IMG/VR virus record: IMGVR_UViG_2897369580_000003
Location: 1 to 38,319 of that record
Strand: one strand, 5' to 3'
Length of the DNA stretch: 38,319 nt
Origin: a virus
Taxonomy: Duplodnaviria; Heunggongvirae; Uroviricota; Caudoviricetes
Shown here: positions 1-8,477 of the stretch, piece by piece
Layout: each line of letters starts with the position of its first letter
Numbering within the stretch: position 1 is the stretch's first letter
Position numbers and translations under genes: made by a program
The notes under the pieces: generated by a model
Told to the model about the DNA's origin: nothing
Databases searched by the model: none
The model's input: only the letters and a program-made list of their open reading frames with translations

Positions 1-90
1 TTGCCTCCCCCCCGTTGATGGGTAAAATAGCCGCAATTTTTCGTTTTCAACAAGCGCGGCGCGATGCCGCTTACTCAAGAAGAAAGAATT
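1..90 (+). promoter_or_regulatory. Host upstream region of prfC with a candidate sigma70 promoter (TTGCCT 1-6, 16-nt spacer, TAAAAT 23-28)
   Basis: Hexamers read directly; spacing counted by eye. Confidence 0.3.
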
Positions 91-165
91 ATGACGTTGT
101 CTCCTTATTTGCAAGAGGTGGCGAAGCGCCGCACTTTTGCCATTATTTCTCACCCCAATAATTAA
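91..165 (+). pseudogene. prfC: 5' fragment of prfC (release factor 3), first 22 codons, fused to phage DNA and terminated ([24 protein letters not shown])
   Basis: Translation matches the RF3 N-terminus up to ISHP as I recall it (native continues DAGKTT); the reading frame diverges at about 156 and stops at 163-165. Confidence 0.7.
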
Positions 166-319
166 GCCCAAATTAAAGCTCTTTTACTCTTTCAAAATCC
201 TTTCAGTTAATTAAGGTTGAGCTATATAACCCATTTAAATACATTTGGTTATGTGGCTTCTTTAATTGAAAATTCTTTCATGTAACTTTAAATCGATCAG
301 CTTGCTTTCATCAAAAATC

Positions 320-376
320 TGTACATATGCTTGTACATAATGTACAAAACAGCAGAGGTGTTTTGCGATTTGTACA
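320..376. repeat. Four copies of the palindromic hexamer TGTACA (320-325, 332-337, 341-346, 371-376) just upstream of the integrase start
   Basis: Direct reading of the sequence; clustered within 57 bp immediately 5' of the int ATG at 386. Confidence 0.6.
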
Positions 377-385
377 AGGTGAGTA

Positions 386-1609
386 ATGGCGCTGTCTGAT
401 GCGTGGTTGCGTTCAGTCGTTGGAAAGGAACGTGATAAGGTTTTGGTTAAATCCGATCGTGATGGTCTGTCTGTCAGAGTATCACCGAAAGGTCGCGTAG
501 TGTTCCAATATCGTTATCAATGGGCAGGGAAAGGTGAGCGTCTTGATATCGGAACTTACCCGGCAACTGGATTAAAAGAGGCCAGAGAAGAAGTTATCCG
601 TCTTCGTGGTGAACTCGAGTCAAACCGTAATCCACGATTGGTCAAGCAGGCTGAAAAACGAAAAGCTACTGAAGCCATGACGGTAGAGTCTGTGATCCGT
701 GCTTGGTATGAAGCATATTGTGTAAAAAATAAAAAAGGTTCTGAACAGATACTCCGCTCGTTTGAGCTGCACCTGTTCTCTAAAATCGGGAATATCCCTC
801 ACGATGCAGCTACATTGCATGATTGGTTAGAAGTCCTGGAGCCTCTTAGCACTAAGACTCCAGCAATAGCAGACCGATTGCTAATTAACGCAAAGCAGGC
901 CCATGTCTGGGCGTATAAGAGAAAGCTCATTGAAACTCGCCCGCTGTCGGATATCACGGGTAAAGATATGGATATCCGTAAAGGTCAGAAGAAACGGTTT
1001 CTGACACATGATGAAATTAAAATCCTTTATGCTGCGATCGATGGTTCTCGAATGGTTCCTAAATACCGGGCCTTCATTAAACTATTGCTGCATTTTGGTT
1101 GCCGTAGTTCAGAGCTTATTACCGCCCGGGTGGACGATTTTGATTTCATTAATAAAGTATGGACTGTACCACCAGAACGACATAAGACTGGGGAGATAAC
1201 AGGCGAACCGCTAAAGCGGCCGATTATTGAACCGGTTGAAGAGCTTATAAAGTACGCTATCTCTATGAACAATGGTTCAGATATGCTTTTTACTAAGGAA
1301 GGAAGCAGGGAACCCGTTGGTCGGACATCATTGCAGTCGCTGCCTTACAATTTAATGCAGTACGCATGGCGGCGTTTAGGATATCAATTCCCTCATTGGT
1401 CTCTTCATGACTTGAGACGTACAGCTCGAACAAATTTTTCTGATCTTACTGCGCCTCATATCGCAGAAATTATGCTTGGTCATAAGCTGCCAGGGGTATG
1501 GCAAGTTTATGATAAGAGCGATTATCTAGAAGAACAGCGTAAAGCTTACCTGGCATGGTGGAAGAGGGTTGAATCGATTGTTAATTGTACTATATCTGAT
1601 TCAAACTGA
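386..1609 (+). CDS. int: Tyrosine site-specific integrase, P4-like (arm-type N-terminal DNA-binding domain plus catalytic domain)
   Basis: 407 aa; N-terminal GLSVRVSPKGRVVFQYRY pattern typical of P4-type integrases; C-terminal HDLRRT ... LGHK ... Y catalytic residues; adjacent to junction. Confidence 0.9.
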   Translation: MALSDAWLRSVVGKERDKVLVKSDRDGLSVRVSPKGRVVFQYRYQWAGKGERLDIGTYPATGLKEAREEVIRLRGELESNRNPRLVKQAEKRKATEAMTVESVIRAWYEAYCVKNKKGSEQILRSFELHLFSKIGNIPHDAATLHDWLEVLEPLSTKTPAIADRLLINAKQAHVWAYKRKLIETRPLSDITGKDMDIRKGQKKRFLTHDEIKILYAAIDGSRMVPKYRAFIKLLLHFGCRSSELITARVDDFDFINKVWTVPPERHKTGEITGEPLKRPIIEPVEELIKYAISMNNGSDMLFTKEGSREPVGRTSLQSLPYNLMQYAWRRLGYQFPHWSLHDLRRTARTNFSDLTAPHIAEIMLGHKLPGVWQVYDKSDYLEEQRKAYLAWWKRVESIVNCTISDSN

Positions 1610-1895
1610 CGGTTTGTATCACCTGAACATAACCAAATCTCCTAGCACACTTTGAGCGAGATGTGAGCGTTAAGTTTACGCCATTGTGTTGACATAAGAG
1701 GGGGGCGGGTATCGATATCATCACTATCCCTATGCCCCTAAATCGCTCCTGCCATTTGATAAATGCAGATGTTTACCACCAAATGTTTTTGATACTATAG
1801 GTCGATTCATGATTTACCTAGAAACTTAGTTGTAACGAAAACTTCTTAACGGACACTATCTGGATAAAGTTAGTTTTTTATTTAAGAGGGTTAAC

Positions 1896-2615
1896 ATGTC
1901 AAAGTTAAAAAATGAACCATTAGTAAGGGTATCAGAAGAAGACGGAATAGAAATAAGGAAGATCCAATATCCAGATAATACGATAGAAAGAATTTATAAG
2001 CAGAAAGGTGTAATATTACCACGAATACCTTTAAAAGGCCGTTTTGTAGAACAATATGTGGCCTTACAGTTGCTTGATAAAGATCTTCGGAATGTTATTG
2101 GTTGGGAGAATATAATAAAAAACATTTGTAATAACATTAATAAAGAACAACACTTTATTTATCCGGATTTAGAAAAGAATCTAATATTAAAGTCTTTGTT
2201 TATATCAAAAGTTGTTACTTACGGTAAGTGTTTTACAGAGGCGAAAGGGCGTCGATTCACATTGCAGAGAAAGCATGTGCCAGAAAAATACAGAGATTTA
2301 CATGACTCTATTATGAATGTTAGACATAACTTTGCTGCCCATAAAGGTGAATTCGAATATGATCAATGTGGCTTGGTTTTAATATTGCCGGGGACCAAGA
2401 AAAAAAGGTACTATCATATTTTTTCAGAACTCAATCAAATAAATTACGGTAATAATGAGGAAGATGATGAACGTTTTTTTATGTTATATGATTCACTGCG
2501 TGAAGTCATTAAAGAAAAACAAGATAAATTAATTGATAAAATATACGCTGAAAAGATTCATACTCAAACAATGGAGTATTGGTTGAGCCGAGCAGGAAAA
2601 GAAACAGAGATTTAA
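1896..2615 (+). CDS. Hypothetical cargo protein, AT-rich, with a possible HEPN-like Rx5H motif (RHNFAAH, about residues 143-149)
   Basis: 239-aa ORF with RBS-like AAGAGGG upstream; composition markedly more AT-rich than the flanking integrase; no recognisable phage function; motif seen by eye only. Confidence 0.6.
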   Translation: MSKLKNEPLVRVSEEDGIEIRKIQYPDNTIERIYKQKGVILPRIPLKGRFVEQYVALQLLDKDLRNVIGWENIIKNICNNINKEQHFIYPDLEKNLILKSLFISKVVTYGKCFTEAKGRRFTLQRKHVPEKYRDLHDSIMNVRHNFAAHKGEFEYDQCGLVLILPGTKKKRYYHIFSELNQINYGNNEEDDERFFMLYDSLREVIKEKQDKLIDKIYAEKIHTQTMEYWLSRAGKETEI

Positions 2616-2908
2616 TTTGTTCAGTATATAAAAGCTAATTTTTAAGGAGTAATTTTCAGATGATTAAAGCTGATTACATTGCGGGTACATTGCGATAGGT
2701 ACTCTACGACTAACTTTTCAACAAGAGTAAGGGGGTAATCAATTTTATTTGTATCAATGGTATGACATTTCTTGGCGATAATGTTTTGATCTTATCGATT
2801 CATGTCATATGGTCATTGGTAACGTCCGCTCTTGGTAAAGAGTGGACGCTCAGATTAGGTTTGGCATCTAAGCATAGATGTGTCAGCTCACATCTAAGCT
2901 AATACATT

Positions 2909-3103
2909 TTACTCAATCACTCCCGCAAATCTGTAAATCTTGTGTGATGCCCATTTATTTGGGCAGGATTTAATATCAGGATCTGGAAAGTCAGGCCTGT
3001 ATTTCTGGCCAGTTCTCCTGTTTACGCTGTTCCAGCGAAGAACTGTCGATACTGAAACACCACAGAAATCGGCGACTTGTTTAGTTGTCATTAAGTTGTT
3101 CAT
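2909..3103 (-). CDS. xis: Excisionase / AlpA-family helix-turn-helix DNA-binding protein
   Basis: 64 aa; TTKQVADFCGVSVSTVLRW motif typical of Xis/AlpA HTH; start overlaps the stop of the upstream gene. Confidence 0.75.
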   Translation of the reverse strand: MNNLMTTKQVADFCGVSVSTVLRWNSVNRRTGQKYRPDFPDPDIKSCPNKWASHKIYRFAGVIE

Positions 3104-3549
3104 TACTTCACCTCCTGCGGCGGCTCCGGTAGTGGCATCCAGTGGGTTACGAGAACATACTCGACATCACCCTCAGGACTGTCATAGAACAATCCAGAGT
3201 GGGATTCGTAGAATGCGATGTAACGCCACCCTGAATGAGTTTGAACAACAACTTCCTGCCCGTCATCCGGCATTCGCTCACTACAGCTTATCCAACCATC
3301 CGGAGTTACCGAAACTGGCGACGCGGCATATAGTGGTTTAGGCGATATCTCCGCGCGTTTTGCGTATGCTTCAACTGTGTCAGGGTTAAACAGGATTATG
3401 TTTTCACCGCATTCCCACGCTATCGGTTCTGCTTCCAGCGAGGCTAACGCTATTTCATAAGCACGGCGCTCAATATTGTCTCTCACGTCCAGGCTACCTA
3501 TGCGCTCTTTGATTTCTTTAATCAGTTCTTTGTCGGTGAAAGTTGTCAT
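3103..3549 (-). CDS. DUF551-family phage protein
   Basis: 148 aa; C-terminal W...SERMPD...WRY...THWMPLPEPP pattern characteristic of DUF551. Confidence 0.65.
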   Translation of the reverse strand: MTTFTDKELIKEIKERIGSLDVRDNIERRAYEIALASLEAEPIAWECGENIILFNPDTVEAYAKRAEISPKPLYAASPVSVTPDGWISCSERMPDDGQEVVVQTHSGWRYIAFYESHSGLFYDSPEGDVEYVLVTHWMPLPEPPQEVK

Positions 3550-3552
3550 GTG

Positions 3553-3840
3553 TTAGTCCTCATCCACTTCAACGCCATCTTTCAGCGTGATGCCGTGCCA
3601 ATCATCAGCCCAACTGGTTAGCCCTGGCGCATCAATGCTAGGCATATAAACGCTTGCAGTGTGGTAGCCCTTATCGTTATCAATGCTGGCAACGTGCTCG
3701 CCGTTGTATGCGCTCAGCGTGTCCAGGACGCTATAAAACTTTCCTCCGGCTGCCCTGAAATCCTTTACAGCCTTCACAAGGCGATTCCACGCTTTTTCCT
3801 GTTCTGGCGTCAGGTCGATTAATTCCTGCAAAGTTGCCAT
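3553..3840 (-). CDS. Hypothetical phage early protein
   Basis: 95-aa ORF tightly packed in the leftward early operon. Confidence 0.5.
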   Translation of the reverse strand: MATLQELIDLTPEQEKAWNRLVKAVKDFRAAGGKFYSVLDTLSAYNGEHVASIDNDKGYHTASVYMPSIDAPGLTSWADDWHGITLKDGVEVDED

Positions 3841-3841
3841 A

Positions 3842-4303
3842 TCACTCTCCTTTGATACGAATGTCAGCGACGCGTAATGCGTGTTCTAGGTCAATCAGGT
3901 AAAGCCAACTGCCATTTTCTTTAGGTATCATGACATGTCGCTCATCTGCATTTATCGGGTGTCCATATCGAAGGTCGTAGCGAGTCGGTAATTGAACTTC
4001 CCGCGCTTCCAGTTCAGCAATGCGCTTCTCTGCGGCCTCCAGCGATCTTCCCAGCTCGTCATTCTTCTTCTCCAGCGATTCAATTCGGTCAGCCTGCTGG
4101 TTGATATGGTTGTCCTGAGCGGACCATACTTTGTCTTTGGCTTCCCGTTCATCCAACAATGCCAGCGCGATATCTGGCGAAAAGTGCTTCATAAAATCGT
4201 TAAGCGCATTAATTCGCTGATCGAAAGGCATTACAGGTGCTTCACCAGCAATTTTTGTTTTTTCAGCGATTTCACGAAGCTTTTGATAATCAATCTTGCT
4301 CAC
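3842..4303 (-). CDS. Hypothetical coiled-coil phage early protein (likely GTG start with AGGAGG RBS)
   Basis: ORF 3842..4336; reverse complement shows AGGAGG followed by GTG at 4303; coiled-coil-like central region. Confidence 0.5.
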   Translation of the reverse strand: MSKIDYQKLREIAEKTKIAGEAPVMPFDQRINALNDFMKHFSPDIALALLDEREAKDKVWSAQDNHINQQADRIESLEKKNDELGRSLEAAEKRIAELEAREVQLPTRYDLRYGHPINADERHVMIPKENGSWLYLIDLEHALRVADIRIKGE

Positions 4304-4797
4304 TGGCTGCCTCCTTTGCGAATCTGTTCCGCCCATTCTTCAAGGGATTTCTCCGCATATTCACCAGACAGGCCATCAATCGGATGCGGTTCATTAGCCA
4401 ACTCTTCTTTCGCTGACAAAATCATGCGTGTAACGTCGAAAACTTCACGCAAAGACTTATTGATAAATCCGTGATTGAACGCAGCAGCAAGACGGCTGGC
4501 GGCATAGTTAATCCCCTCGTTGCGTGCTTCCGCCCGGACTTCAGCCAGGAAAGCATCAGTGGCTGGGGTTTCCGTGAAGTTGTCCTCCCAACCGTAGTAC
4601 TCCTGACGACAGAAGTTATTAAATTCCTTCTCCGACTGTTTAAGCGCCGCATTCTCCGCTGCCAGCGCCGCGCACTTGGCCTCCGCTTCAGCAAATTTAC
4701 GCGCCAGATATTCAGCGTTTGTTTCATTCACTTTCAGGTCTCGCGGTACACATCTCCCACGAAGAAACCCTTCCATTTCGAAAACATTCATGCGCAT
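4300..4797 (-). CDS. Ea22/Ead-like hypothetical phage early protein
   Basis: 165-aa ORF in the early-left operon; alanine-rich coiled-coil segment. Confidence 0.5.
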   Translation of the reverse strand: MRMNVFEMEGFLRGRCVPRDLKVNETNAEYLARKFAEAEAKCAALAAENAALKQSEKEFNNFCRQEYYGWEDNFTETPATDAFLAEVRAEARNEGINYAASRLAAAFNHGFINKSLREVFDVTRMILSAKEELANEPHPIDGLSGEYAEKSLEEWAEQIRKGGSQ

Positions 4798-5324
4798 TTG
4801 CGTAACTCCGATAACTCGTTAAAACGTTCCATAAACATCCCGTAGGCATGGTCCGGTGCCAGTGGAATCACTTTGAACATATCTGTTGCCGGGATACCTT
4901 CCAGTACAGGCCAGAAAGAGCCATCATCAAGCCCGAGATCGCGGCGTTCGGTTGCCAGCATAATGAGATCGGCATATTTCACTGGCGTGCTCATAACCGG
5001 AGGTAACCCGTATTTCTCACGGATTACGGCGTCTATTTTTTCTTCCATCCGTTTATAGTCAGGAAGAAGGCGTTTCAGTGGTGCGGGGATGTCCTGGCAA
5101 TACGCTTCTGTTGCATCATGCATTAACGCTTCAAAAGCAAATTCCTGAGGCACCAGCTGGCTGCAAAGCACCGCATGTTGGGCGACGCTGTAGAAGTGAG
5201 AAAGATGACCGGCAAAGCGGCAGATATTTGAAAGGGAAACCGCGATATCGTTAATAACGATGTCGTCTTTATTTATCTTGTCATAATAAAAATGCTTCCC
5301 GGAAAAAGTTTTAATAAATGACAT
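4788..5324 (-). CDS. HD-domain phosphohydrolase, YfdR-like
   Basis: His...HD motif (FAGHLSH ... LMHDATE); likely start at the internal MSFIK with GGAGA RBS; resembles the CPS-53 yfdR product as I recall it. Confidence 0.65.
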   Translation of the reverse strand: MSFIKTFSGKHFYYDKINKDDIVINDIAVSLSNICRFAGHLSHFYSVAQHAVLCSQLVPQEFAFEALMHDATEAYCQDIPAPLKRLLPDYKRMEEKIDAVIREKYGLPPVMSTPVKYADLIMLATERRDLGLDDGSFWPVLEGIPATDMFKVIPLAPDHAYGMFMERFNELSELRKCA

Positions 5325-5451
5325 TTTGTTCTCCACGTATATGCGCTGCACCGCGCTGAATTCTGGTAAAAAGAATCCCTCACCATCCGGCGATTATTGA
5401 GTAAATTACGTTTCCATAAATGCCCCCGCAGGGGCATTTGCAGTAATGAAA

Positions 5452-6276
5452 TCAGGCGGTGAAAGTACCAATAAAGGTTTCTACTTTGCTGTCCTTGAAT
5501 TTCTCAACAAGCAGATCACGAAATTCGTTAGCCATTTCTTCCTGCACCGCCTCCAGCTGAATAATGCGCAGAACCAGTACAGGACGATCGCCAGTGATAA
5601 TACTGAGGCGTAATTTAAACGGACGTTCTTTCAGACCTTCAAACGGAACGCATTTAAATTCAAATGCCACTGGCATAATGTCTTTGGTCTTCGCTTCGAC
5701 AGACTCCATCAGGGAGCGTTTGCCGCTGAAGTCATTATCTTCAAAATCAGCGGTCTGGTTTGCTTCAATCGTGATTTTACGGACAGCCGCAGCCGCTTTT
5801 GTTGCCTGAATAGCGTCACCATTAGCATCAAAGCCCACAAGATAGTCGGCCCAGTCTTCAATCCATTCTGCCAGTGACTTCTGGGAGTTACGCTCGCCGT
5901 TAACAGACAACAGAGCAGAGAACGGTGCTGTCTTTTTCAGTTTGAGTGTGGCGGTGTTATCTGCGTGACCTGGTTCATCAATAGTACCTAGGTTAAGCAC
6001 ACTGACGGCACGCATATTATCAGCATCGATAAAGCAGCGGGTGCCTTCATCTGCAAGATCTTTAGAATAACGGGTAAAGTCATCGATGCTGGCAGTGGAA
6101 AGCGCACCACGGAAACGGAAGCGATTTAAATTAAATTTTTCCAGATCATGAATGCGGAAATTCTCAGGCAATGCCACAGCATCGGCACCAATCTTACTGA
6201 TAATTTCATTAACACCCTGAGCAGAAATAAGGGCATGGATTTGATTAATTGCGGTTGCGTCTAAGTTCTGAGACAT
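5452..6276 (-). CDS. YfdQ-like phage protein (DUF2303 family)
   Basis: 274 aa; same length and gene context (between YfdP-like and YfdR-like) as the CPS-53 module, from memory. Confidence 0.55.
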   Translation of the reverse strand: MSQNLDATAINQIHALISAQGVNEIISKIGADAVALPENFRIHDLEKFNLNRFRFRGALSTASIDDFTRYSKDLADEGTRCFIDADNMRAVSVLNLGTIDEPGHADNTATLKLKKTAPFSALLSVNGERNSQKSLAEWIEDWADYLVGFDANGDAIQATKAAAAVRKITIEANQTADFEDNDFSGKRSLMESVEAKTKDIMPVAFEFKCVPFEGLKERPFKLRLSIITGDRPVLVLRIIQLEAVQEEMANEFRDLLVEKFKDSKVETFIGTFTA

Positions 6277-6341
6277 AATAAGTCCTCACTATATAAAGAT
6301 ATTCAGTGATGAGATAAATAATCAGTTAATTAAAAACGATA

Positions 6342-6704
6342 TTAACGACCTGCTGCGCGGAGTTTTCCGTCAGGTTCACCGGCAAGAGTCAGTAACTGTC
6401 CCTGGTCTTCCTGCAGAATAGTCAGGCGACCACCGCGATTGACATACATCGGCGTTTCGGTGGTGTCTTCTTCGGAAATTTTCCCGCGGTTAGTCGGGCG
6501 AACATATGAGAGTTTGTGTTTGATTTTCACACGGTTCTCATCAAATGGTTCGATTTCCAGGTTGAGTGAGACCTTCCCTTTGGTTTTCGTGTTCATCACA
6601 CCGGAAGCGACTTCACTGAGAACTGCGCCGATTTTGGTTTCAAATACGCCGCCGTCCAGCTCCCCGATAAATGCCTGCACATCAGTACTGCGTTCGCTAG
6701 CCAT
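6342..6704 (-). CDS. YfdP-like phage protein; the long ORF 6342..6890 is probably an over-extension
   Basis: AGGAG RBS 7 nt upstream of the ATG at 6704 (MASERSTDVQ...); the upstream part of the ORF contains an intrinsic terminator. Confidence 0.55.
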   Translation of the reverse strand: MASERSTDVQAFIGELDGGVFETKIGAVLSEVASGVMNTKTKGKVSLNLEIEPFDENRVKIKHKLSYVRPTNRGKISEEDTTETPMYVNRGGRLTILQEDQGQLLTLAGEPDGKLRAAGR

Positions 6705-6841
6705 TTTGCTGCTCCTCATCATATCGACCCTGCAAGGTCGGTTGGTTTCTCCACAAAACAGAGAAGAACACCTGCGGTGGCAGCCGCCCGGATGGATTGG
6801 GTTATGAGCCCGTCGTCCGGTGATGCTCTTCTCTGTTTTGT

Positions 6842-6887
6842 AAAAAGAGCGGTACCAGCCGGAAGCAAGTGTACAAACTGGTACCGC
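6842..6887 (-). terminator. Intrinsic terminator in the leader of the leftward early operon (10-bp stem GCGGTACCAG / CTGGTACCGC followed by a T-tract on the minus strand)
   Basis: Perfect inverted repeat 6849-6858 / 6878-6887; minus-strand RNA continues TCTTTTTAC. Confidence 0.55.
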
Positions 6888-7333
6888 CAAAGCAGTGGCT
6901 GTTGTGGTGACCGGTGCTGATCTCCGGCTTGCGGTTATTTCAGACTCTCACGGGCGTTTAATTGCCCCGCCGAACAGCTCTTTTCCGCAATAGCTGCAAT
7001 GTCTTTCGCGCATCAGCCTGCGCCTTCACCACAACGCTGAGAGCACTTAGCCAGTTACGGCACCACACTTTGTCGCGGCTCCATAAATGCCCTCATCGTT
7101 GCACCCTGGTCTCTTCCCAGGCGTCAAACCGGATCGCCACGCTGGTTAGGCGTCTTATCAGCATCATCATTGACTTGCACATTCCGGCTACCTGGTTTGT
7201 TTGCCCGAGCAAGGAGTGGATTGTCCCCTTTAACGTCCCCAGACCGCTAACGACGCATGTGCCATACGCCGTGTTACAACCAAATTTTGTTAGTACCTTG
7301 TTTGTTGGTCTGGAAAGAAAGATAAAATGAAGT

Positions 7334-7372
7334 TGCGCATTGTGCAAGTGTTTTTATTGCGAGATATGCAAT
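7334..7372. promoter_or_regulatory. Putative OL operators and PL region: palindromes TTGCgcattgtGCAA (7334-7348) and ATTGCgagatatGCAAT (7356-7372)
   Basis: Dyad symmetry read directly; same ATTGC-N7-GCAA(T) architecture recurs on the other side of the repressor gene. Confidence 0.5.
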
Positions 7373-7380
7373 TTGGTGGG

Positions 7381-7406
7381 TAATGAAAAGCCACCTTCGG
7401 GTGGCT
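7381..7406 (-). terminator. Hairpin terminator downstream of the repressor gene (AGCCACC-TTCG-GGTGGCT)
   Basis: 7-bp perfect stem with TTCG tetraloop immediately 3' of the cI-like stop on the minus strand, followed by a modest T-run. Confidence 0.5.
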
Positions 7407-7426
7407 AATTGATGAGGAAGTAAGGG

Positions 7427-8119
7427 TTAATTGTGTCGTTTAAGGGTTTGTGACTGGCTGATTAAGACCTTTCCAAAGACCATAAACCGGTGTTCATTTT
7501 CGCTGGTAATTCCCCATTCACGGTAAATCTGGTTATCAGAAATCACCAGTAGTTTGTCAGGTATCATTTGCAGTCGTTTGACATAAATTTTATCATCAAA
7601 ACCAAATACATAGATACCATCTCCATCAAACTGATTGATACTGACATCAACGAAGATGAGATCTCCTGGCTCAATGGTTGGACACATACTGTCCCCACGA
7701 ACGTTGATAACTTTAATGTGATTGGCTGGTCGTCCGCCAAACATCGATACAGCATTATCAGTTCTGTATTCAATGGCATGAATCACATCAATGACATCAC
7801 CGCCCTGGATAAGGCCATTTCCCGCACTGGCACTGACATCCAGCATTTCAATACGGAATACATCCTTCACCTGCGCAACATCCTCACTAATACTGTTTTT
7901 ACATACAGTATTACTTTTGACGTCTGAGGTAAAGAGATCAGCAATATCAACACCTAAGCTCCTGGCAATATTACTCAGGGCTTGTTCAGTGAATTGTTTC
8001 TGCTTACCTGTTTCCAGGCGCGAGATATTCGCCGCATCCACTCCTATTGCTTCAGCGAGATCGGCGATTTTCATGTTCTTCGCCTGGCGAAGTTGTCTGA
8101 CTCGGTTTCCTATGTTCAT
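7427..8119 (-). CDS. CI-like prophage repressor (N-terminal HTH, C-terminal S24 LexA-type peptidase domain)
   Basis: 230 aa; HTH near the N-terminus; C-terminal VRGDSM ... IYVKRL pattern of S24 autopeptidases; divergent from the Cro-like gene. Confidence 0.85.
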   Translation of the reverse strand: MNIGNRVRQLRQAKNMKIADLAEAIGVDAANISRLETGKQKQFTEQALSNIARSLGVDIADLFTSDVKSNTVCKNSISEDVAQVKDVFRIEMLDVSASAGNGLIQGGDVIDVIHAIEYRTDNAVSMFGGRPANHIKVINVRGDSMCPTIEPGDLIFVDVSINQFDGDGIYVFGFDDKIYVKRLQMIPDKLLVISDNQIYREWGITSENEHRFMVFGKVLISQSQTLKRHN

Positions 8120-8138
8120 GCGTTTATTACATTTCTTT

Positions 8139-8202
8139 ATTGCGCGTTAAGCAAATCAACTTGCGCAAAATATTTGCGTGAAATAATATGCTCATCACGC
8201 AA
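8139..8202. promoter_or_regulatory. Putative OR operators with PR/PRM: ATTGCgcgttaaGCAAA (8139-8155), palindrome TTGCGCAA (8161-8168), TTGCGTG...CACGCAA (8174-8202); candidate PR -35 TTGCGC / -10 TAATAT
   Basis: Dyad symmetries and hexamers read directly in the 97-bp divergent intergenic region. Confidence 0.5.
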
Positions 8203-8216
8203 TATGTGGAGGTTAT

Positions 8217-8477
8217 ATGCAATCACCATTACGAAATGTGCGTAAGGCGCACGGCTTTACTTTGCAGCATGTTGCTGCGGGCGTTCAGGTTAATCCAGCA
8301 ACGCTGAGTCGTATTGAGAGACTGGAACAAATTCCATCTATCGATCTTGCAGAGCGTTTGGCCAATTTTTTTAAGGGAGAAATCAGCGAAATGCAGATTC
8401 TCTATCCTGCACGCTTTCAATCTAGTCAAAACCGGAATGAGTTAAAACCACAGGAACAGGAGGTAAGCCGTGGGTAA
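8217..8477 (+). CDS. Cro-like HTH transcriptional regulator (YdaS-like)
   Basis: 86 aa; HTH (GFTLQHVAAGVQVNPATLSRIE); GGAGG RBS; divergent from the repressor. Confidence 0.75.
   Translation: MQSPLRNVRKAHGFTLQHVAAGVQVNPATLSRIERLEQIPSIDLAERLANFFKGEISEMQILYPARFQSSQNRNELKPQEQEVSRG

Noticed and set aside
620-1272. Small ORFs inside the integrase gene on either strand (620..820, 1008..1199, 1027..1272)
   Set aside because: Embedded in a confidently assigned CDS; no independent support.
2940-3341. Plus-strand ORF 2940..3341 overlapping xis and the DUF551 gene
   Set aside because: Antisense to two well-supported genes; compositionally odd peptide.
6705-6890. Upstream extension of the YfdP-like ORF (track ORF 6342..6890)
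   Set aside because: An AGGAG RBS precedes the internal ATG at 6704, and the extension overlaps a strong intrinsic terminator.
6962-7347. ORFs 6962..7330 (+) and 7093..7347 (-) in the early-left leader, considered as a possible N-like antiterminator
   Set aside because: No RBS or arginine-rich motif. The minus-strand ORF starts inside the putative operator/promoter, and the sequences look like low-complexity random translation.
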